A stretch of 63,714 nucleotides of DNA, filler included, from Octopus bimaculoides (taxonomy: Eukaryota): assembly GCF_001194135.2 (NCBI RefSeq). It is 6 parts of 6 records of this genome, joined end to end, with 100 filler letters (N's around TTAATTAATTAA, not from the genome) between each part and the next. Parts side by side here need not be neighbours in the genome. Positions count along the whole stretch, not along the records: positions 51,236 to 58,092 come from NC_068995.1; positions 58,193 to 63,714 come from NC_068987.1; 4 more parts are not named here. One strand, given 5' to 3'. The translations under genes were made by a program, and so were the position numbers. The notes below the pieces were generated by a model. That model saw nothing but the letters and a program-made list of their open reading frames with translations. It made no database searches and was not told the origin of the DNA. Below are positions 51,136 to 63,714 of the stretch, one piece after another (position 1 is the stretch's first letter; every line of letters begins with the position of its first letter).

Positions 51136-53138
51136 NNNNNNNNNNNNNNNNNNNNNNNNNNNNNNNNNNNNNNNNNNNNTTAATTAATTAANNNNNNNNN
51201 NNNNNNNNNNNNNNNNNNNNNNNNNNNNNNNNNNNTGAAACTGTAAACAAGAACAGGACAGTGTGAACAAGACAGTAAAAACAAACGGTGAGGGCTGTTG
51301 AGCCAAGGCAATAGAAAAATTATAATGAACGCTAGGTAGACGTGCCATGAGAGAAGAGACAGAAAAAACACGTCTTTTCTTTAAGAGGGTAGTGGACAGA
51401 AAGAGAGATCCACTTTCGTCACGTGTGAGCGATGAGAGGGTCAAGGAGGAAGAGTGAGAGAGAGAGAGGGAAAGGTGAAAGCGACAGAAGGAAAGGGAAA
51501 TGATGAGAGAGAAAAACAGAAAGGATGAAGAATAAGAGATGGAGAGAGATAGACAGAGAAGAGATATTAGAAGAGTGAGCATTGTAATTATTAAGTTCAA
51601 ACTTACTTGGAAAAGGATGTGTGGCATTAGGGAAAGAAGGAACACTGAAAGAGTATTTGTTCAATAAATTGAAAGAAAATAATGCGTGTGTATTACAGCC
51701 TTCCATTGGTGTGGGTGCTGTACCATACCGATATATACATATATGTATACACATGTGTGTGTTTGATTCTAGTCTGATGAAATGCCTTTCTGTTACCTAA
51801 AACTGCAACGTTACGTGAATTTACATTTAGAATTTTTGCGTAAACTTGCGTTGCAAACAGAGATGGTACGGAAACAATTGTAACTTATAATTAAAGATGT
51901 ATTGAATTTTCATTGTCTTCTTTTCATTGGTGTATTTATATCTTGGTATATCTAGGTATGTATGTATGTGTATGTATACCAAAGCAGGCATTAGGGTTTT
52001 TCGTACACCTCTTTATTAAAACTTTTCCGCCTATTTTATTTTAATCTACTTTTGATAATTCATAAAATTTTATTGCATAATCCCTCTTCCATTATATTTC
52101 TTTTCACTCAGCATCCATTAATTCTATGCCATGTTTTATTCTTACTCTTTGTTTATTGATTCCACATTCATTTTTATGTAAGGGTATTTTTTAATGAACT
52201 GATTTAATTTAAAGTTCTACATATTTCACTCTCATTACAGAGAAAAAGTAACACCCAGTTTTTAGTCAGACATATGTGTTAAATTACACTGCCTGCTGTT
52301 CATTGTAATTTCACATTACTTACATTATTATCCATCAAAACAAAATATATTTTACGTTAGCTAATACGGTCAGTACAGTATTAAACTCAAATCCGGATAG
52401 GGCAACTTTGCCATTAATTAAATTTTTCTGAGGTCGATATATAAATAATAAACCAAGCAGGAAGTCTGTTTAAGTTGCTATAATACTCTACTAACATATA
52501 TATCTACGTTCAGTCCGCGTAATCTAGCGGTTCATCAAAAACGACTATTAAAATAACAGGCTGTAAAAAAAATTTGGAGTTGAGGTATAAGTTCGTTCAA
52601 CTAAAACTTTACAAAGTGGTATGTCCCAGCATGGTTGCAGTCCAATGAGTGAAACAAGTAAAAGATTCATGTTAAGTAAGAAATCGATATGTTAGGTTCA
52701 AAGAAATTTGAATTAGTAAAATCGGTAGAGTGTAGAATAAAACAGCTTGTGGTATTCACCTGCATCTATTTAAGTAATACGTAAAACATCCCGTAGAGCT
52801 GAAAGTCGATAGATTAAGTACAACCAAGTAATGGAGAGATTAAATCAAATATCTACCACCTCCTCCTCCTCATAATATACGTCTATAGTAGAAACAAGTT
52901 TTATAATCGATTGGTACAGCAGAGTGGGACTACTGGAGGATGCTAGATAAAATTTGATGCACTACAAACATTTCTGTTCTAAGGTATACACGTCCTTATA
53001 CGCATGTAATAAAATTTTTTCTGAATTTTCAGATTTTTCATATGCTAGGCGACTGGTTTTAAATTAATGTTAATGAAATTAATATTCAATTTATCACCCT
53101 CAGTGTATTAAAAATATGTGTATATATATATATATATA

Positions 53139-53348
53139 AAGTGTAGTATATTGCCACTTAAGTGTGGCTGACCCCTAGGGGTGGATGTTACTGTTGCTTT
53201 TAGCCCCAGGAGGACATCTCCTCCAGCTGGCTTATCGACACACGACTGTGTCCTGTTTGCCAAGGGTAGTTATCCCTCTCACCAACATCTGCAGCACGAA
53301 CGGATCCGGATTTCAGGGTTATTTCCCTTCGTCGGCGTCCGATAGCCA
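53139..53348 (-). mobile_element. ~210-bp non-coding HHR-bearing repeat between (TA)n and (CA)n; HHR at 53297-53341
   Basis: CGGACG-CCGACGA-AGGG-AAAUAA-CCCU-GAAA-UCCGGA-UC|CGUUCG; body homologous to 59186-59341 and 41850-41986. Confidence 0.85.
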
Positions 53349-54378
53349 TACACACACATATATATACATATATATATACACACACACACACACATATATA
53401 TATATATGCATGTGTGCGTGTGTATGTATGTACTTGTGTGTCTGTGTTGGTCACCCCACCATCGCTTCACAAATGGTGTTGGTGTGTTCACGTGCCCATA
53501 ACTTAGCGGTTTGGGAAATTGGCTCACATTTGGTAGACCTGATGTCTTGGTAGTATGTACTTGCCCTGGGTACTGCACCGATGGCCGAATGCAGAACGAT
53601 CTGGTTAGGAAGTAAACACATTACTACCCATCCACACCTGAGCCAATATGTAATACATAAACTAGGTACAGAAATAGATGCATACATAATATGGATATAC
53701 ATCCATAATAACATACATATATATACACATATGTAAATGCATATATATATGTACATATCATTATACATATACATACGTATATATATATATATCATTATAC
53801 ATATGCNNNNNNNNNNACATAGATATACATATTCACACCTATCGAAACACTCACGCCATACCCCATATATATATATATGTTTGTGTGTGTACATATGAAT
53901 ATGTACATACATAGTTACCTCAATATATTCTGAACACAAAGGTATGTATTCAGTAAAATAACGCATTAGGGAAAGAAAGAGAGAGAGAGAGAGATGCAAG
54001 ATTCTATTATCTGCTTGCGACTGCCATTGTACAAGAAATATACCTCTTAACTTGGACGTCGTTCTCCGCCCATTTGCTCACCAAAATGTCCAATTCCTTC
54101 ATCTTTTTATGAAATACTTCAACAGATACAGGCGTTCATATAGGTAATTAATATCTATAGAATTTGCATTATTACTTTTTAATCATTCGATTTCATAGAT
54201 ATCTGCAATGTGCCATGTAGCATATAGTTTGTGAATGTGATTTTCTTTGAGATTGAGTGCTGCATTGACTAACTTATACACACACACACACACACACATG
54301 GCAATACATACATATACACACACGCATACATATATGTAGATATACATATTTTTATATATATACACATATGCACACATA

Positions 54379-54429
<51 letters not shown>

Positions 54430-54516
54430 ATATGTACATATGCACGTACGTGTCTATGTGAANNNNNNNNNNNNNNNNNNNNNNNNNNNNNNNNNNNNNN
54501 NNNNNNNNNNNNNNNN

Positions 54517-54567
<51 letters not shown>

Positions 54568-54761
54568 TACGCATTAGTTTATATGTAACGGTTTCCGTGT
54601 CTGTCTTTCTATTAATTATATTTACATGTAATGCATATATCTATGCATTTATGTGTGTGTGTATATATATATGTATACATATATGTATATATATATAGGT
54701 GTGTGTATATTTATATACGTATATATACATATATATGTATATACAAATATATATATATATG

Positions 54762-54794
<33 letters not shown>

Positions 54795-54821
54795 TTATAT
54801 ANNNNNNNNNNTATATATGTA

Positions 54822-54876
<55 letters not shown>

Positions 54877-55339
54877 AAATATACACACATATATATATAC
54901 GTACAGATATGCATACATGCATATACTACGTCAGTGGTTGCTTGGCGAGCATCTTTATGTAGTCATCAACCAATTAATGTACTTCATGTAAATTACACGT
55001 AGATATACTTGAGTAGATGCAGACCCGCTCTCCTACTAACACACACAGATACACACACACACACACACATACTCGCACGCACACACACACACACATACAC
55101 AGACACAGAGGAATCATACAAAACGCAATTTCATACGCGTCTGTCTGTGAGCATGTATGTCTACACATATTTAATATAAAATACATTAATTCCTTAATAA
55201 CTTAATCAATATACCCACTTCGTCACACACATACACAATCATAGAGAAACAGACCATTCATATACGTATACAGATGCACAAATACACACGCACACAAACT
55301 CACGTACATATATTTAAATAGATAGATATGTAGATAGAC

Positions 55340-55376
<37 letters not shown>

Positions 55377-55406
55377 TAGATAGATAGATTGATTGATTGA
55401 TTGTTT

Positions 55407-55468
<62 letters not shown>

Positions 55469-55959
55469 CAAGCACAGACTGATAGACAGGAAAACAGACA
55501 GAGAGCAGATAGATAGATTGATAAATAGAGGTCGATAACATAATTTGCTAATTTAGTCCACCATGTCGATACTACATTTTAATCTATTTCCTTCAAAATT
55601 GCTGGCCTTGTGTCTAAATTAGAAATCCTGATAACAAAAGGTAAATAACTTTAATAGACAATGGAGGAACTTACAGGGTGACTGAAGGATCGAGAGTTTT
55701 TGCTATGCATCAGATATTATTATCACCATGCGGTAATATAATACGTGAAGCATAGCAATACACAAACCAAAATCACTGACAAAGTGCAGCCACTGTGAGT
55801 TTGATCTTTTGGCAAACATATATGATTAGGATATTCGTCTCACAATCATAACTTCGTAAGCTCTATACACGGCAGCGCGTCATGTCCTGGAGTAAAACAC
55901 TTTATTTCACGTTGTTCCAGTCAAAGATAAATTGTAGCAGTAATTGGAAGGACAAACCT

Positions 55960-56100
55960 CGTTACGTTCTATGTCCCGCTGAATCTTCCCCAGAACTACG
56001 TTAAGGGTACACGTGTCTGTGGAATGCTCAGCTAATTGCACGTTAATTTTACGAATAGGCTGTACCGATGACCGGATCAACTGGAACACTCGTCGTCGAA
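55960..56100 (+). mobile_element. SINE 3' fragment
   Basis: gaactacgttaagggtacacgtgtctgtgg..gcacgttaatttt..ggatcaactggaac matches the 5720-6081 family. Confidence 0.75.
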
Positions 56101-56964
56101 ACGGAAAGAGTGGTATTTCTTTTTACGCAACAATAGAATAGCTAAACCAAGGATGACCAAGGCGAATTCAGTCAGCAACAACTATGACAACGACGATGAC
56201 GGCTACCATGATGACCATTCAGGTGTATAATTTATAGCTTCCTCTTTTTTTATCAGTAATTTTGTTTCTTATCTGTAAATATTTCTCTTGATTTATTTTT
56301 TCTTTTCCTTCCTTGTTAAGATACAATGTGAATGAGAAATCGCACCGTAATGCCGAGCGGAAGTTGAAATACAATCGTATCTCACAACAGCGAAACCGAG
56401 AAACAGTAAAAAGAGAGATAACTCTACAAGCAGAATTTTGCACGTATTTCTAGATAACCTCATGCCTTCTTGTTCATTCTTTGTTAGAACTGAACTAAAA
56501 AAAAAAAAAAACTAAAAAAACAAAAGCAAAAATGGTAATATTATACACCGACGAAGAACGGTAACTGGAAACCACGAGCAATAAAGAAGGAGGAAATAAA
56601 AGACAAAAAAATAAAATAAGATACGACGAGAGAAAACAAAGAATAGCATCTGTCAAATAATAGCTGGAAACGTACGAGGCTATTAAAGAAAATGTATTCT
56701 TAGAAGAGGATACATACATACACACAAGCATACACACATATATAAATTCATACATACACACACACACATGTATNNNNNNNNNNCGCACATGCATAGATAC
56801 ATACATAAATACATACACACATAAATATATAAATCCATATATACATACATACAAGCATACATATATACATACATACATACACACATACATACAGGCATAC
56901 CTTAGTAATAATGGCTTGGAAATTTGACACTGAACCTGCACTTTTCCAGAAGGGTAAAGACGAT

Positions 56965-57110
56965 TATATATAACCCAGTTCTTGACTGGTACTTTATCTA
57001 TCGACCCCCGAAGGGATGAACGGTAAAGTTGACCTCTGCATGATTTGAAATGTCACCAAGTATTTTGCCTGACGTTCGAAAGACTCTGCGAGCTCGGTGC
57101 GGCAAAAAAG
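56965..57110 (-). mobile_element. SINE fragment
   Basis: ctggtactttatctatcgacccccgaagggatgaacggtaaagttgacctc. Confidence 0.7.
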
Positions 57111-57185
57111 CTTCCATGAGGACACTACACTCGCGAGAAAAATAACAACCAAATCCCCGCTCATGGGAATGGACACATTGTAGAC

Positions 57186-57432
57186 CAGTGGTTCTCGACC
57201 GTTTTTTTTTCTTTTTCTTTTTTTTTTTTTGCTTATGGACTCTTCTACCCCATGATAAGAACAAAATCACTATTTTATTTTGATTACTGAATATTATAAG
57301 GAATTGTATTAAAAAATTGTTAAATATTTTGTGTATTCCGTTCTATATTTATTTACATTATTTACATTTGACGCATATTTGTCCTCATCTTGTTTGTTGT
57401 TTACACAACGTTTCCCAATGTTGTTGTTGTTG

Positions 57433-57513
<81 letters not shown>

Positions 57514-57648
57514 TCACTGCTTGGAATCGAACTCGTAATCTTCGGGTGAGTAGCCCGCGCTCTTAAACAATTCATTGCACATAAATTTTAACAGCAAAAT
57601 CTTACATGGGCCCCCAGGGCTCATAGGGACACCGGCTGAGAAACACTG
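57186..57648. mobile_element. hAT (Charlie-like) MITE containing an inserted SINE head and (ATT)n
   Basis: TIRs cagtggttctcgaccg and ccggctgagaaacactg; flanking 8-mers ttgtagac and ctgtcaac match 5/8. Confidence 0.65.
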
Positions 57649-59016
57649 CTGTCAACATAGTCTAAAAAAAAGAAAACCACTTTAAGAGGAAGAAAAAAAC
57701 TAGAATTACAGAGATCGGCAAATTCAACCCACGGCTTGCATTTCACAATGTTTTCATATCAAGATTGTCATGGTCCCTGTCACTCGCACGCATTTCCATA
57801 TTTCCTACGTATGTTCACTTTAGGTCTTTACAACCACCACGGTCAAGAACTTATTTTAATTAATTAATTTATTTTTTAATGAATAAGAGCATATGTTTGT
57901 GCACTCATGTCTGAAAAATATATACGCTTTTAATCATTCTTAGGGCTTATAAAGTGTGTCAAATTACATAAGTATTTTACTCCATTTAATTGAATAGGTT
58001 AATTAATTAATTTACACACACTCATACACACGCACGCAGACAGATACATGTGTGTGTGTCTGTGTATAGTATGTATACATATACATATATATNNNNNNNN
58101 NNNNNNNNNNNNNNNNNNNNNNNNNNNNNNNNNNNNTTAATTAATTAANNNNNNNNNNNNNNNNNNNNNNNNNNNNNNNNNNNNNNNNNNNNTTTCGCTT
58201 CAACCCGTACAATACTTTATTTTCCCTTAAAATTTCTTATTTAATTTCTGCCTGTTGAATTAAGAAACATAATTTCCATTACCAAGTTATTTTCGTTGTT
58301 TACTAACTTCTGCACTCGTGTATTTCTGTATACACGATATAACCATGCGTATAAAGAAAATTTCAAATTTGTCGGCATAACTACACATTTCTGTCACCCC
58401 CACCAAATTTCGATGACCATAGCTTTCAGAAAAATAGATATTTTTAAAATAAAATTTACTACGAATATGTGTTATATCATGTCCATTTCGAATATATACA
58501 ATTTTGGGCAGTAAGTATTTTAGGAGGGGTGGGGAATCTCTGAAAATTCACCGGAGTCTACTTCAATTCGTCTTCACTTTCAAGAAAATGGATATTTTTT
58601 TAATGCAATTCTCTAAAAATATACCTTGGAATATTATTACATTACATTCTCTTCTTCCAAAAATGTTTCTCAATGTCTACTTCCGGTATTGACATGAAAC
58701 CAGAATAGATAGATATAGATATACAGATATATAGATAGATATATACATATATATATATAAATTTTTTTAATTTGTTTACGGAAACGTTTTGGATGTGCAA
58801 ATTAAGCTCCTATTCCATTATGCAGGCCATAATGAATAAACTGGATTATGAACAAATTATGTATTTCGTATTACACGCTGGCTACTTGATGAACTCTTAT
58901 ATAGGTTTTATCTTTAATTTTAATTGAAATATATATATATTATACCAGGCGGTGCTATTAAGTTAGACATGGCCTGGGCCTGTACTGGCCGAAACCTATC
59001 AAAGTTATCAAAGTTT

Positions 59017-59033
<17 letters not shown>

Positions 59034-59061
<28 letters not shown>

Positions 59062-59185
59062 GGAGCGAGAGAGCGGGAGCGAGAGAGCGGGAGCGAGAGA
59101 GCGGGAGCGAGAGAGCGGGACCGAGAGAGCGGGAGCGAGAGAGCGGGAGCGAGAGAGCGGGAGAGAGCGAGCGGGAAAGAGAGAG
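59034..59185. repeat. (GA)n-derived 14-bp minisatellite gagagagcgggagc
   Basis: About eight tandem units. Confidence 0.9.
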
Positions 59186-59279
59186 TGGGAGGACATCTCC
59201 TCCAGCTGGCTTATCGACACACTACTGTGTCTTGTTTGTTTTGCCAAGAGAAGTTATCCCTCTCATCGTGATCGTAGCA

Positions 59280-59324
59280 CGAACGGACCCGGGTTTCAGG
59301 GTTATTTCCCTTCGTCAGCGTCCG
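59280..59324 (-). ncRNA. Canonical-core minimal type I hammerhead ribozyme within repeat 59186-59341
   Basis: CGGACG-CUGACGA-AGGG-AAAUAA-CCCU-GAAA-CCCGGG-UC|CGUUCG; all core nucleotides present; GUC cleavage predicted between 59286 and 59285. Confidence 0.85.
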
Positions 59325-59438
59325 ATAGCTACCGACCTTCGNNNNNNNNNNNNNNNNNNNNNNNNNNNNNNNNNNNNNNNNNNNNNNNNNNNNNNNNNNN
59401 NNNNNNNNNNNNNNNNNNNNNNNNNNNNNNNNNNNNNN

Positions 59439-59502
<64 letters not shown>

Positions 59503-59762
59503 TGTGTATGAGCGTATGTGTCTGTGTTTATGTGCATATATATATACAAAGAGAGAGAGATAAATAGATAGAGAGAGAGTGAGGGTGGCGCGAGAGAGAT
59601 GTACACATACATACAGTGCTAACTTGAGCAGTGCAAACTGCATGCAAGCTGTGTCTTCATCAACCCTGGTTGAGTAATCTGGGTGAAACACCTAACGACC
59701 CCCGTAAACATCACTGATGATCTTTACAAGTGCATCACAGGAGAGTGAATGGAAAAACTATG

Positions 59763-59813
<51 letters not shown>

Positions 59814-60780
59814 GTGCGTCAAAATATTATTCCCAGAACTACCTATTAACATCAACTAACTGCCTCTCTGATTGAATAAAACTGCGATTCCGATGGCCGT
59901 TCTTGTAAATAACGGATTTTACCCCAAGAAAGTCAGTCTCGATGTACAGTTAGCTTTTATCTATTTTCTCGTGTATTTTACACCCTATTTAGTGTTGTGT
60001 GCTCTAATGAAACTCGTGCTACTGTACACAATCTACATAAAAATGTGTTTATGCGTCTGCATAATAACATAAGAAAAGTACTCAACATATTAAGTACTCA
60101 ATACATAAAGTGTTTTTAAATACATATGTCTGTCTGTGCTTGTCTTTGTGTTTTGTCTGTGTCTGTGTCTGTGTCTGTCTGTGTAACTGTGTCCAAAAAA
60201 GGAAAAAATCTAAATGAATATATATAAAATTAGAGTAAATAGTAATGACAGCAATGGAAAGTAAGACTTTGCACTGCCCTTACTCATGGTCTCTTGTTAC
60301 TGCTTTTTGATATCGAAGAGATGTAACGCGAAACCCATACATTTTTCACTGTAAATAATATAAGAAGTGCAACACAAGTTAGATCATATTTTTAGTAAGC
60401 ATAACTTTATTTTAAAAACTAGGTCCCATTGTCAAACGATCAGATATTCTTTATATGCATACACTTTATATATTTCTTATACTTCTTATTGCAAGATTGT
60501 TTTTAATCATAGCTCTGTTTGATTAGTGGCTTTTTGCCACTAGGAATAACAGCACACTGTAACTGTTATATTATGTTGCAACGTAATACACTCATTCTAC
60601 TTCTGTCAGTTATATATTAGCCTAGGGGAAACAGAGTGTATAAAGTATATAAAGTTATGATGTATATCAATTACGGAACGTGCATAGTATGTATACAGTG
60701 TTTACAGTATAAGTAGTATATAAAGGGTATGAATATAAAGTATATAAAATGTATGAAATATATAAAGTACTTGGAAAGAT

Positions 60781-60811
<31 letters not shown>

Positions 60812-61385
60812 TGCATACATACATGCATACATACATACATACATACATACATACATACATACATACATACATACTACATACATACATACATACATACATA
60901 CATGTAAGACTTTCCAGAAGTTTAACTTTTAAGTATATACGAGCATGTCTAGATATGCAAGTACATGCATGAAAATACATAGATAAAAGAAGACATACAG
61001 ATCTGCACATATACATACAAACATACATACATAGAAACATACTTACATACATAGATAAAAGAAGATATACAGATCTGCACGTATACATACAAACATACAT
61101 ACATACAAACATACATACATACNNNNNNNNNNNNNNNNNNNNNNNNNNNNNNNNNNNNNNNNNNNNNNNNNNNNNNNNNNNNNNNNNNNNNNNNNNNNNN
61201 NNNNNNNNNNNNNNNNNNNNNNNNNNNNNNNNNNNNNNNNNNNNNNNNNNNNNNNNNNNNNNNNNNNNNNNNNNNNNNNNNNNNNNNNNNNNNNNNNNNN
61301 NNNNNNNNNNNNNNNNNNNNNNNNNNNNNNNNNNNNNNNNNNNNNNNNNNNNNNNNNNNNTATATATATATATATATATATATAT

Positions 61386-62528
61386 ATCAAAATGAGCAAC
61401 AGTATATCAAGTAGTGATGCAGTGTGACCGTTTCGAGCGACTCCATTTAATTGAACAATGCAATCATTACATCAATTTAAATGGAGTGCCATCTTCAGCT
61501 GCACAAATAAATAAATAGAATTTTAACAAGTAGGACACATTAATATAATTTTTCTCAAATATTTTAACAGAGCAAGAAGATGGAAGAAATTCATGTTGTC
61601 GCTATTGTAGCTAAGAATAGACTACACTTCCAAGAATCGCATGAAACTTGATGGGATCATAGTGTTGTAAGTGATTGTAATTCATTCCTAATTCATTTAT
61701 CTCTTTATCAACAACTAAATCTAAGACTAGAAGACTGTGTCTATTTTGAATAAAGGATAAGAGTGAGTTGACAGCTCATGGATAGGTATGGTCATATATA
61801 TTAACACAAGTATCCCTTTTCCTCTGGGAGGAAATAAGATATCTGGAGTAGTGAGTTGGATATAAGTAATTGTCTATAAAAAAAGACGGGGTAGGTGTAG
61901 ATTTTAAATCATGATGTTAAAGGTGTAAGACGCTAAGAAACCTAAGATTGTAATACAGAGGAAATTTTATTTTGGGGCACTGTGGGTGGTTGTTTATAAA
62001 CAATATTGTTATGATGTAGAGTGCTCCAAAATAAATAGACAGTTACTTATATCCTACTGACTACTCCTAATGTCCTATTTTCTCCCTGAGGAAAAGGGAT
62101 ACATATGTTAATATTTATGACCATATCTATCCATGAGCTGTCAACTCACTCCTGTCCTTTATTCAAAATAGACACAGTCTTCTAGTCTTAGATCTAGCAG
62201 TTGATAAAGAGATAAATGAATTAGAAATGAATTACAATCCCTTACAGCACTATAACACCACCAGGCTCTATGCGATTCTTGGAAGTGTAGTCTATTCTTA
62301 GCTACAATAGCGACAACATGAATTTCTTCCATCTTCTTGCTCTGTTAAAATATTTGAGAAAAATTATATTAATATGTACTACTTGTTAAAATTTTGTTTA
62401 ATTTTTTTTGTGCAGCTGAAGATGACACTACATTTAAATTGATGTAATGATTACATTGTTCAATTAAATGGAGTCGCTTGAAACGGTCGCACTGCATCAC
62501 TACTTGATATCCTGTTGCTTGTTTTGAT
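61386..62528. mobile_element. Foldback/long-TIR element: ~490-bp inverted arms (61386-61877, 62035-62528) around a 157-bp spacer
   Basis: Arms align end to end as reverse complements with scattered substitutions; no coding capacity. Confidence 0.9.
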
Positions 62529-63581
62529 TTTATTCACCCTTCTTCGTGCTGTGNNNNNNNNNNNNNNNNNNNNNNNNNNNNNNNNNNNNNNNNNNNNNNN
62601 NNNNNNNNNNNNNNNNNNNNNNNNNNNNNNNNNNNNNNNNNNNNNNNNNNNNNNNNNNNNNNNNNNNNNNNNNNNNNNNNNNNNNNNNNNNNNNNNNNNN
62701 NNNNNNNNNNNNNNNNNNNNNNNNNNNNNNNNNNNNNNNNNNNNNNNNNNNNNNNNNNNNNNNNNNNNNNNNNNNNNNNNNNNNNNNNNNNNNNNNNNNN
62801 NNNNNNNNNNNNNNNNNNNNNNNNNNNNNNNNNNNNNNNNNNNNNNNNNNNNNNNGACTATTGTAAATTTCTACCATTCAATTACCAAGACATTTAGGGA
62901 TTTTAGCCAGATTCCGGCCATCATTGATTTCTTTCAGTGTCAGTTTTGATATTCCAGCAGAAGTTACTGAAACTTTGACGATCACAATTTACCGTCATTG
63001 ACTTCTAAACAAGATAGAGAATTTTCTAATTTTGTTTTTAAAGAGGTCAATATTTTTCTTTGTTTTTCTAGATTTTCTGCGCTTTTTTTTTTTTCAGTAA
63101 TTTCTATATATGTTGGTAAAGATACAAGTCTTACGAAAAGAAACATCAATTGCTAAAAAAAAATACCCTAATGCAAGCGAATTAGAGGTTATACAAAAAA
63201 AGTTAAATTAGTTAATCGAAAAACGATATAGAAAAGAAATAACAACACAGCTGCCTTCAGATATTAGTAATTCTAGTCGTCAGAAAATCCAAAATATATT
63301 CTTATATTGACCATATTGGTAAAGGTAAATCTAAAGAGAAAGATCAGATTCCATTATTTTTTTGCCATCATGACTGTAACTAAATAATTTAAGTCAGAAG
63401 ATCTGTATATATAATGAATTTACAGATGTGGTTTGATAACTTAGCCATAACCGGGGATCTTTGTGTCTGAGCTCAAGATTCAATACAATACTCGTATGTC
63501 TTACACTTCCAGCATATCACTGGATCACGTAACTTATTTTTGACAGGCACGATTAACAGACTGCTTGTTAATATGTGTGTG

Positions 63582-63619
<38 letters not shown>

Positions 63620-63656
63620 CATATACATCTATATATGTGTGTGTATATGCATCTAT

Positions 63657-63705
<49 letters not shown>

Positions 63706-63714
63706 CAGATAGAT

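Noticed and set aside
59034-59185. 14-bp GA-rich minisatellite with an Arg/Ser-rich ORF
   Set aside because: Simple slippage derivative of (GA)n; not coding.

Overview
AT-rich, microsatellite-dense, gapped eukaryotic non-coding DNA. The SINE families, repeat content and gap linkers point to an octopus/coleoid cephalopod assembly (inference). No host protein-coding gene can be supported; nearly all listed ORFs are microsatellite or N-gap artefacts. The window holds many transposon relics: a decayed ~3.4 kb Helitron Rep/PIF1-helicase (minus strand) whose 3' end is folded back into a 237-bp palindrome, about eight R4/Dong-like restriction-endonuclease (RLE) LINE fragments often next to (TAA)n tracts, two mariner elements, a DD37D (maT) element, Penelope-like pieces, MITEs, many tRNA-derived SINEs and a 1.14 kb foldback element with ~490-bp arms. 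The most interesting signal is a set of hammerhead-ribozyme (HHR) motifs. A short non-coding repeat family (41321-41986, 53139-53348, 59186-59341) carries minimal type I HHRs with a palindromic stem III and covarying stems, and further HHR-like motifs lie at 39221-39258, 27817-27897 and 13986-14021. All calls were made by eye, without database searches or folding software.
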